This document shows positions 19,490 through 26,261 of a stretch of DNA of 64,000 nt, piece by piece (positions within the stretch are counted from its first letter, which is position 1; every line of letters begins with the position of its first letter). The position numbers and the translations under genes are program-made. The notes below the pieces were generated by a model. That model was not told the origin of the DNA. It made no database searches and worked only from the letters and a program-made list of their open reading frames with translations. This DNA is from Acidobacteriota bacterium (GTDB lineage Bacteria > Acidobacteriota > Thermoanaerobaculia > Gp7-AA8): contig JAFATB010000014.1 in assembly GCA_019244185.1 (NCBI GenBank), forward strand, positions 192,001 to 256,000, given 5' to 3'.

Positions 19490-20377
19490 TTACGGCTGCC
19501 TGGTCGCGTAGGCGACGAGGCGGAACTGGCGGATCGGCGCGGCGCTCGGCGTGAGGCACGTGGCGTACGCCGACTCGACCGCGGTGTAGTGCTCGAGCGT
19601 GACCTCGTGGATCGTGCCGCTGTTGTCGCGCAGCTCGATGCGCGTGTGGCCGTCGACGAGCGACTCGCGGCTGACGAAGTGCAGGGCGTCGCGCGCGTGC
19701 AGGCTCGTGGCGCGGCGGACGAACGTCTCCGCCGCCTGTACCGGACGCGAGACGGAGCTGCGCCCGCGATACGACGGCAGGAGGATCTCGTCGCGCGCGA
19801 TCGAGGCTACGAGCTCGTTCGCCTGCGACGGCTCGACCGGGCCGTAGTAGAGACCCCACGGCAGCACGAGCGCGTTCGCGGCGAAGCGATCGCCGCCGAT
19901 GTGCGAGCACTGCCAGACGTCGATGCCGTCGTAGTGGCGCAGCGCGTCGTAGAGCGGATAGCCGCGGCGGCCGCAACAGGAGTCGTGCTGGCCGTGCGTG
20001 CAGACGAGGACGAGCGGCTTCGCGACCGGCGCGATCTCATCGCGCAGCGCCTCGAACGAGAAGGTCGCCAGCTCGTCGATCGAGTCGAGGTCGCGCATCG
20101 CGACGCCGGGATGGGGCGTGCTGCGCGCGACGTAGACGCGGATCGGGCCGAGGCATTCGTTGCGGCGGCGGATGAAGACGACGCGGCTGCGCTGGATCGC
20201 GCGCGTGGCGCGGAGCAGCGCGGTGCGGGCCGCGGGCGGCATCGCCGCGTCGGACATCGGCTCGCGTCCCCAGGTGATCGGCAGTTCGACGAGGATCCAG
20301 AGATCGACGCGCGCGGCGCTGGCGATGTTGTCGTCGCCGCGCAACCGCGCGGCGTCGGAGCAGAACGGGCGCCTCAC
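19490..20377 (-). CDS. Sucrase/ferredoxin-like (thioredoxin-fold [2Fe-2S]) protein
   Basis: WILVELPITWG, LVCTHGQHDSCC, WQCSHIGGDRFAAN, LPWGLYYG, YRGRS; GTG start overlaps the JmjC stop (GTGA). Confidence 0.85.
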   Translation of the reverse strand: MRRPFCSDAARLRGDDNIASAARVDLWILVELPITWGREPMSDAAMPPAARTALLRATRAIQRSRVVFIRRRNECLGPIRVYVARSTPHPGVAMRDLDSIDELATFSFEALRDEIAPVAKPLVLVCTHGQHDSCCGRRGYPLYDALRHYDGIDVWQCSHIGGDRFAANALVLPWGLYYGPVEPSQANELVASIARDEILLPSYRGRSSVSRPVQAAETFVRRATSLHARDALHFVSRESLVDGHTRIELRDNSGTIHEVTLEHYTAVESAYATCLTPSAAPIRQFRLVAYATRQP

Positions 20378-21603
20378 GCGTCCGGCTCGCCCGTCACGTT
20401 GACGAGCCCCTGCCGCGCGAGGTCCGCGACGAACTGCTGCACGGCGTCGGGCGCGAGCGCATCGCCGGCCGCGGTGCAAAGCTCGGCGACCGTCGCGGGA
20501 CCGCGCGCGAGCGTGTGCAGCAGCGGCTCGGTCGCGGCCGCGAACTGCCACGCGCGGCCGTTCGCGTCGAAGCGGATCGCGTCGGCGTCGCGGACGATGT
20601 GCAGTTCGCGCGGTGCGGCGAGCATCACGCGCGCATCGAGCGGCAGCGCCGTCGCATCGGCAACGCTCCACGGCAGATTCGCCCAGCCGCGCGAACGCGC
20701 GCGTACGTCGTGATGCGCGAAGTAGCGTGCGAGCAGCTCGTCGTCGAGCTGGTCGACGAGTTGGCGGCGCAGTTTCGCGAACTGCTCCCTGCGTTCGTCA
20801 TCGGATGCGAAGCGTCGCAGCGGCGCGCGAAAGTCGGTCGACGCGCGCAGCTGATCGCCGAGCCAGTGCACGAGATTGACGCCCGTGCGCTGGTGGATGC
20901 CGAACGTGAGATGCAGCGTGACCTCGCCGACGCCCGACGCCTCGTGCCACCAGCCGCGCGGGATGTAGAGCGCGTCGCCGTCTTCGAGCAATCCTTCCCA
21001 TACGACCTTGTCGGGCGCGGTCTTGTTCGGCGCGATGTCGTCTTTCAGCGGATGCGGACGTCCGCCCTCGTACACGCGCCAGTACTTTTTCCCGTAGACC
21101 TGCAGCACCACGACGTCGTGCGTGTCGCAGTGGCGGTTGAAGCCCTGCTGCTCGCGCCATCCCGCGTACAGATTCACCTGCACGGCTTCATGCAGCACCC
21201 GCTCGAAATCCTCGGCCAGCCGCATCACGCCATCGGCCATGTCGTCGACCGCGTCGATGATCAGCGTGTAGCCGTCGCGCAGCCGTTCGGCGAGCTTCTC
21301 CGGCACGACGAACGGCACGCGTCCGCCGTCGTAGCGGAGATACGCGTTCTTCGGCGCGAACTCTCCCTTGCGCACGAGGCGCAGGCGCGGCGGCTCGAGG
21401 CGGTGCTTCTGCAGCATCGCATTCACTTCATCCCACGAGAGCAGCGACTGGAAGCGCCCGCGCTCGCCGGGGAGATGCGCGAACGTGCGGCCCCAGACGC
21501 GCGTGAGGAAGTCATCGGCGCCGTTCGCGCCGATGACTTCCGTGAAACTCGTGCCGCGTGACGCGACGTCAGGCGTTGTCGGTGCCGTCGGAGTCACCGC
21601 CAT
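20374..21603 (-). CDS. JmjC/Cupin_4 Fe(II)/2-oxoglutarate oxygenase (YcfD/ROXA/NO66-like); start uncertain (ATG 21603 or ACG 21552)
   Basis: VNLY, GFNRHCDTHDVVVLQVYGKKYW (HxD plus 2OG-binding Lys), GDALYIPRGWWH, HLTFG; C-terminal winged-helix-like region. Confidence 0.88.
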   Translation of the reverse strand: MAVTPTAPTTPDVASRGTSFTEVIGANGADDFLTRVWGRTFAHLPGERGRFQSLLSWDEVNAMLQKHRLEPPRLRLVRKGEFAPKNAYLRYDGGRVPFVVPEKLAERLRDGYTLIIDAVDDMADGVMRLAEDFERVLHEAVQVNLYAGWREQQGFNRHCDTHDVVVLQVYGKKYWRVYEGGRPHPLKDDIAPNKTAPDKVVWEGLLEDGDALYIPRGWWHEASGVGEVTLHLTFGIHQRTGVNLVHWLGDQLRASTDFRAPLRRFASDDERREQFAKLRRQLVDQLDDELLARYFAHHDVRARSRGWANLPWSVADATALPLDARVMLAAPRELHIVRDADAIRFDANGRAWQFAAATEPLLHTLARGPATVAELCTAAGDALAPDAVQQFVADLARQGLVNVTGEPDA

Positions 21604-21871
21604 CGGTGCCGTCGTCGTCTCCTTCTTCGTCATCGTCGGCCGCGTCGCCGTCTTCGCCGTCGGTGCCGTCACCGTCGGTGCCGTCGCCTTCGCCGGCGTC
21701 GCCGTCTTCACCGTCGGTGCCGTCGCCGTCCGTGCCGTCGGCGTCGCCGCCGTCGGTGCCATCCGAATCGCCGCCCGGCTTCTTGCCGGGCGCGTCGGAA
21801 CCAGCGGTGGCGGCGAGCATCACGGCATCCAAATCGCGAATCTCATCGATCAACTGCATCTCTTCGCTCAT
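21569..21871 (-). CDS. 100-aa Asp/Gly-rich repeat peptide; putative RiPP-like precursor or oxygenase substrate
   Basis: GGAGG RBS 5 nt before ATG; 34-aa N-terminal segment, then a 66-aa core with 7 DGTD motifs and 26 Asp. Confidence 0.8.
   Translation of the reverse strand: MSEEMQLIDEIRDLDAVMLAATAGSDAPGKKPGGDSDGTDGGDADGTDGDGTDGEDGDAGEGDGTDGDGTDGEDGDAADDDEEGDDDGTDGGDSDGTDNA
21575..21765. repeat. Coding tandem repeats (GACGGCACCGAY units; 54-nt period duplication)
   Basis: Repeated ccgtcggtgccgtc on the + strand, encoding DGTDG. Confidence 0.85.
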
Positions 21872-21902
21872 GCAAACCTCCAAATCAGATGAACCCGACG
21901 CG

Positions 21903-21919
21903 TGCAGTGCTCGGGCCAA
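21903..21919 (-). promoter_or_regulatory. sigma54 (-24/-12) promoter of the peptide-JmjC operon
   Basis: Minus strand TTGGCCCGAGCACTGCA versus consensus YTGGCACGRNNNTTGCW; about 30 nt upstream of the ATG. Confidence 0.65.
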
Positions 21920-21922
21920 ATG

Positions 21923-21950
21923 CAAAGGACGGCCCGGGGGCCGCCCTTTT
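21923..21950 (-). terminator. Intrinsic terminator-like hairpin insulating the peptide operon from the upstream gene
   Basis: Minus strand AAAGGGCGGCC-CCCG-GGCCGTCCTTT followed by GCATTT. Confidence 0.6.
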
Positions 21951-21973
21951 CCGACTGCACCGCGCGCGACATT

Positions 21974-22342
21974 CTAGAGGGTTGCCCGCGCCACCGCGTG
22001 TGAATTCGGCGTGCGGCCGTAGCGCTGCGTGGCCCAGCCGACGATCGCGCCGACGGCGCTGCCGGGAAGCATGACTTCCCAGAAATACTTGCCGCCCTGC
22101 ATGGCCACGATGCCGTACGCGAGCAGCGCGCCGACGGCGAGTCCGAACGCGATTCCGGCGGCGACGTTCTGCACCTTGCGCGCGAACCATCCCGCGGCGA
22201 TGCCGGCGATGATGCCTTTGAAGGTGGAGCCGATGACGATGCCGATGATGGCCGCGCGCACCTCCGGCGTGAACCACGCCGTCATTCCGTCGAGCGCGCC
22301 GAGGATGGCGCCGAGCACGATTCCGAGCAGTACTTTGTTCAT
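21974..22342 (-). CDS. Small 4-TM Gly-rich membrane protein
   Basis: Four hydrophobic segments; GGAGG RBS. Confidence 0.75.
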   Translation of the reverse strand: MNKVLLGIVLGAILGALDGMTAWFTPEVRAAIIGIVIGSTFKGIIAGIAAGWFARKVQNVAAGIAFGLAVGALLAYGIVAMQGGKYFWEVMLPGSAVGAIVGWATQRYGRTPNSHAVARATL

Positions 22343-22399
22343 GGTGATTTCCTCCTGGCTACCTGTTCAACGCCGCCGCGAAATCCTTTAACGAGCGCG

Positions 22400-23296
22400 C
22401 TAACGATGCACCGCGATGAGGACGATGACGCGCATGATGAGGTACGCGACGACGACGGCGACGAGCGCGCGGTTGCGCGCGAGCCAGCGTCCCGCGCGTT
22501 CGAAAGCGTTCTCGCGATACGCGGCGAGCGGCGCGCCGTCGAGGTAGCGGACGAGGTCTGCCGCGAGCTCGCCGGCATTCGCGTAACGCGCATCGCGATC
22601 GGCGGCGGTGGCCTTGTCGATGATTGCGCGCAGGAGTTTCGGCGGCGCGACGAGGAGCGCGCGCAGCATCGCGCCGAGGGCGTAGACGTCGGCGCGCGCG
22701 TCGACCGGCTCGCCGCGTTCCTGTTCCGGCGCCATGAAGCCGCGCGTGCCGGCGAGGACGCGCGTGTTTGCGTCGACGCGTGATTCGTCGACGGTGCGAG
22801 CGACGCCCCAGTCCATCACCAGCACTTCGCCGAATGTACCGGTCATGACGTTCTGCGGTTTGAGATCGCAGTGCACGACGCCGCGCGCGTGCGCCAGCGC
22901 GACCGCCTCGCAGACGCGAAGCAGGATGCGCAGGAGCTCGGTCGTGCCGCACGCGAGCTCGTCGAGGCGCTGCCCGCGCACGAGCTTCATCGCGTAATAG
23001 ATGCGGCCGTCCGCGAGCGTGCCCGCGTCATGGAGCGGCACGATTCCCGGGTGTTCGAGCCGCGCCACGACGCGCGCCTCCGCGCGCATGCGCTCCGCCG
23101 CCGCGGGACTCGCGGTTTCCGTCGCGAGGACTTTGATGGCGACGCGCCGATCGAGCTCGCGATCGTGCGCCTCGTAGACGACGCCCATGCCGCCGCGCCC
23201 GAGCTCGCGCACGAGGTCGTAGCGCGTGCCGGAAAAGTCGGGGAGCTCGGCCGCGTCGCGAAGGCGCCCGACGGCGGCGTCGGAGAGCCAGGTCAT
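22400..23296 (-). CDS. Hanks-type Ser/Thr protein kinase with C-terminal TM
   Basis: LGRGGMGVVY, VAIK, HCDLKPQN, MDWG, GTRGFMAPEQ, DVYALG. Confidence 0.92.
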   Translation of the reverse strand: MTWLSDAAVGRLRDAAELPDFSGTRYDLVRELGRGGMGVVYEAHDRELDRRVAIKVLATETASPAAAERMRAEARVVARLEHPGIVPLHDAGTLADGRIYYAMKLVRGQRLDELACGTTELLRILLRVCEAVALAHARGVVHCDLKPQNVMTGTFGEVLVMDWGVARTVDESRVDANTRVLAGTRGFMAPEQERGEPVDARADVYALGAMLRALLVAPPKLLRAIIDKATAADRDARYANAGELAADLVRYLDGAPLAAYRENAFERAGRWLARNRALVAVVVAYLIMRVIVLIAVHR

Positions 23297-23424
23297 GGGG
23301 CGGCTCCGGGTGGGGAGGGGGAGGGGGAGGGGGCGTGCGTGGCGGCGCGCCGCGTGCCGGAAAAGTCGGGGAGCTCCGCCGCATCGCGAAGGCGCGCGAC
23401 GGCGGCGTCGGAGAGCCAGGTCAT
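23223..23424 (-). repeat. Direct duplication of the first ~74 nt of the kinase gene, with a (CCCCCT)n spacer
   Basis: ATGACCTGGCTCTCCGAC...GGCACGCG starts at both 23424 and 23296; 3 mismatches. Confidence 0.9.
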
Positions 23425-24104
23425 GCATCCACTCCGAGAAGCGCGCGCACTTCCGCGCGGAACTCGCGCTCGGAGGCGGTGGCGTCGCGCAAGACGTCGA
23501 GCACGTGCTCACGAAAGTGGCGGCGCATCGCGGCGAGGCGGTTCGTCACCGTGGTCTCGCTCATGCCGAAGCGGGCGCCGAGCTCGCGGTACGACAGGCG
23601 CGCGTCGTCGAGGTCGTACGCCTGGAAGAGCGCGAAGTCGTCGTCGCGCGCGCCGGCGCGCAGTCGCTCGACGGCCACGCTGAACACGCTTCGCGCCCAT
23701 TCGCGCTGAAAGTACTCCTCGGGCGATCCGCCGCGGTCGTGCTCGCGCGCGAGCTCGGCTTCCGCCTCATCGAACGGCAGGTCCGCCGCGCCGCCGCCGC
23801 GTTTGAGGCGGCGCTCCGCCTTCATCTCATTGGCGAGATGGCGATCGAAGAGCAGGCGCAGGAACGTGCGGAAGCTCGCCTTCGCGGTGTCGTACGACGC
23901 GAGCGCGTTCTTCTCGAGCACGTATGCGAGAAAGCTCTGCGTGCGGTCTTCGGCATCGTCGCGGCGGTGGGCGATGCGCGCGTACTTGTAGAGCGGACGC
24001 CAGTAGATCGAGACCACCGCATCGAGGGCGCGCGCCCGTTCGAAAGCGTCAGTGCTGCCGAGGGCTTCGACCACGCTCCGGCGCGTCGTGGGGAAGAGGG
24101 ACAT
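23421..24104 (-). CDS. ECF-type sigma factor (kinase-associated, FPTT-type N-terminus)
   Basis: FPTTRRS, YWRPLYKY, DAEDRTQSF, SFRTFL, region-4 HTH; stop overlaps a kinase-like ATG. Confidence 0.82.
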   Translation of the reverse strand: MSLFPTTRRSVVEALGSTDAFERARALDAVVSIYWRPLYKYARIAHRRDDAEDRTQSFLAYVLEKNALASYDTAKASFRTFLRLLFDRHLANEMKAERRLKRGGGAADLPFDEAEAELAREHDRGGSPEEYFQREWARSVFSVAVERLRAGARDDDFALFQAYDLDDARLSYRELGARFGMSETTVTNRLAAMRRHFREHVLDVLRDATASEREFRAEVRALLGVDA

Positions 24105-24122
24105 GGACGCCGGAAGGATACG

Positions 24123-24656
24123 TCAGAGAGCGCGGCCTTTGCGGCGCTGCTCGGGATAGTAGGTGAGGAACGCGCGCAGGCCGTCCATCACGTCGCGCAC
24201 GCCCGCGGGGAGGTCCTTGAGGCGCAGCCAGTAGCAGCCGGGATCGAGAAGGCTGCGCAGCAGCTCCATGAAGTGATTGAGCGAGAGGTACGTCGACTCG
24301 TAGACCTTCCCTTTGATGCTGCCCTCTTCGCGGTCGCGCATCACCTTCGTCACGACGCGCGCGGCGAGGTAGTACGGCGTCTGCAGCGCGTCAAACTCCT
24401 CCTGCGGCATGCGCGGGCCTTTGGTGATGTGCTGGCGGTTGACGGTGGCCTGCAGGAAGTCGAGCACGACCACGACGGCGGTTTTCGGCACGGGGCCGGA
24501 GCGGCCGGATTCGATGGCGGCGGTGAGAAACGTGACCAGCGCCTTGATCTGTTCGGAGTCGGGATAGGAGAGCTCGCGGAGGCCGTACTTTTTGGCGATG
24601 GCGCGCTCGTCGAGCTTGGGGAGCGGCGTCTCGATAGTCTTCTTGTCGTCGCTCAA
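24123..24656 (-). CDS. Hypothetical protein (177 aa)
   Basis: Globular composition from TTG 24656; TATTCT -10 element 8 nt upstream; fills the intergenic gap. Confidence 0.6.
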   Translation of the reverse strand: MSDDKKTIETPLPKLDERAIAKKYGLRELSYPDSEQIKALVTFLTAAIESGRSGPVPKTAVVVVLDFLQATVNRQHITKGPRMPQEEFDALQTPYYLAARVVTKVMRDREEGSIKGKVYESTYLSLNHFMELLRSLLDPGCYWLRLKDLPAGVRDVMDGLRAFLTYYPEQRRKGRAL

Positions 24657-24689
24657 GCGGCGGCAGAATAGCACGCTAGAATCAGCGCG

Positions 24690-25523
24690 ATGCAGACGTC
24701 CGAAGTTCTCGCGAATGCACCATTGTTCAAGCTGCTCGACCCGGCTGAGCGCGCCGATCTCGAAGGCGTGCTGACGCGCCAGGAGCTCACGGCGGGCGAG
24801 AAGATTTTCACGCACGGCGAGCCCGGCGACTCGCTCTACATCGTCGGCAGCGGACGGGTCGAGCTGTCGGTGCGCGACGACGGCGGCAACACGATCGTGC
24901 TCACCTCGTGCGGTCCCGGCGAGGTCTTCGGCGAGCTCTCGCTCTTCGACGGCGGCGCGCGCACGGCGAACGCGATCGTGCACGACGACGCGACGCTGCT
25001 CGTGCTCGCTCGCGAGGACCTGCTCGCGTTCCTGCGCAAGCATCCCGACGCCGCGCTCGACCTGCTGACGACGATGGGGCAGCGCATCCGCAGCGCGGAC
25101 GAGATGCTGCGCCGCCGCGTTTCGCGCAACATCAACGAAGAGATGCAGGTCCGCTCGACGCGCCTCGAGCACATCGCGGACGTGATCGCGGAGTTCAGCG
25201 GAAGCATCACGTTTCTACTGTTGAACGCGGCGTGGTTCTTCGTCTGGATCGTCTGGAACACGTTCCCGCGCATCCCGCACTTCGATCCGTATCCGTTCGG
25301 CTTCCTGACGATGGTGGTCTCGCTCGAGGCGATCTTCCTCTCGATCTTCGTGCTCGTCAGCCAGAACCGCCAGGCGGCGAAAGACCGTTTGCGCGCGGAC
25401 GCGGAGTACGAGGTGAACCTGAAAGCCGAGCTCGAGATCGGCGGCCTGCACCAGAAGATCGACGTGCTGACCGAGGAACTGCTGGCGCGGCTGCCGAAAC
25501 GGGAGCGCGGAAACGGCCGTTAA
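24690..25523 (+). CDS. cNMP-binding + DUF1003 membrane protein
   Basis: FGELSLFDGGARTA; FDPYPFGFLTMVVSLEAIFLSIFVLVSQNR. Confidence 0.9.
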   Translation: MQTSEVLANAPLFKLLDPAERADLEGVLTRQELTAGEKIFTHGEPGDSLYIVGSGRVELSVRDDGGNTIVLTSCGPGEVFGELSLFDGGARTANAIVHDDATLLVLAREDLLAFLRKHPDAALDLLTTMGQRIRSADEMLRRRVSRNINEEMQVRSTRLEHIADVIAEFSGSITFLLLNAAWFFVWIVWNTFPRIPHFDPYPFGFLTMVVSLEAIFLSIFVLVSQNRQAAKDRLRADAEYEVNLKAELEIGGLHQKIDVLTEELLARLPKRERGNGR

Positions 25524-25554
25524 CGCGGTTAACGAACCGTACGCACGCGCCAGC

Positions 25555-26187
25555 CTACTTCCAGGTCATTTCGAAGGTGCAGCTCTTGTCGCCGTGGCAG
25601 TGGCACTTTGTCTCGACCACGTTCGGCTCGGTGCCGCCGTGGCGCAGGATCGACTCCTGAAAGTAGCCGATGGCGCTGCCGCAGAAGATCGGGCTGTACA
25701 CCGGATAGTTCGTGTAGATCATCCGGCCGCCGTTCGGCGTCCGCTCGAAACGCACGCTGCCGAACTTCTGATACTGATCGTGAAACAGCGCGTTGTTTTC
25801 CAGAAAATGCACGAGCTCCTCGGAATCGAGCGAGCGGTAGATGCGTCCGATGCCGAGCTCCGCGCTCGCGGCGCCGATGAGCGCGAGCACGTTCGGATAC
25901 TGCGCCTTCAGCGTCTCGTGAATCGTGCGATCGAGCTCGACGAGCGATTCGAACTCGCACCAGCTCGAGGCGAGCGGCGTCTTCACATAGCCGCGCGTGC
26001 GCGGCGTGAGCTTCTCGAGCAGCCGCGCGAAACCGTCTTCGCCGGCGGTGTCGAGGAGGAACTGCTTGCGGCCGCCGAACATCACGCCTTTCACTTTCGC
26101 GATCGACGGATCGGGGCCGACCAGTACTTCTTTACCTTCGAGTTTTGGGAGCGTAGCAGGAGCTTTGCGCTGCATCAGGAGGGACAT
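25555..26187 (-). CDS. DUF2378/V4R-like protein
   Basis: KVKGVMF, LASSW, C-terminal CHCHGDKSCTFEMTW. Confidence 0.6.
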   Translation of the reverse strand: MSLLMQRKAPATLPKLEGKEVLVGPDPSIAKVKGVMFGGRKQFLLDTAGEDGFARLLEKLTPRTRGYVKTPLASSWCEFESLVELDRTIHETLKAQYPNVLALIGAASAELGIGRIYRSLDSEELVHFLENNALFHDQYQKFGSVRFERTPNGGRMIYTNYPVYSPIFCGSAIGYFQESILRHGGTEPNVVETKCHCHGDKSCTFEMTWK

Positions 26188-26261
26188 GGCGCGCATTCTA
26201 GTCGCCGCCGCTGCCGGCGCGTGCGAAGTTGTCGCAAAGTCTTACGAACGATGCAGTCGCG

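Noticed and set aside
21604-21762. Thr/Ala/Pro-rich N-terminal extension of the JmjC ORF (ORF track start 21762)
   Set aside because: It is the alternative-frame read-out of the Asp/Gly peptide, which has the RBS and promoter.
21575-21765. Short regularly spaced DNA repeats resembling a mini-CRISPR
   Set aside because: Units are 12-15 nt, in frame, encode DGTDG, lack unique spacers, and have no cas genes nearby.
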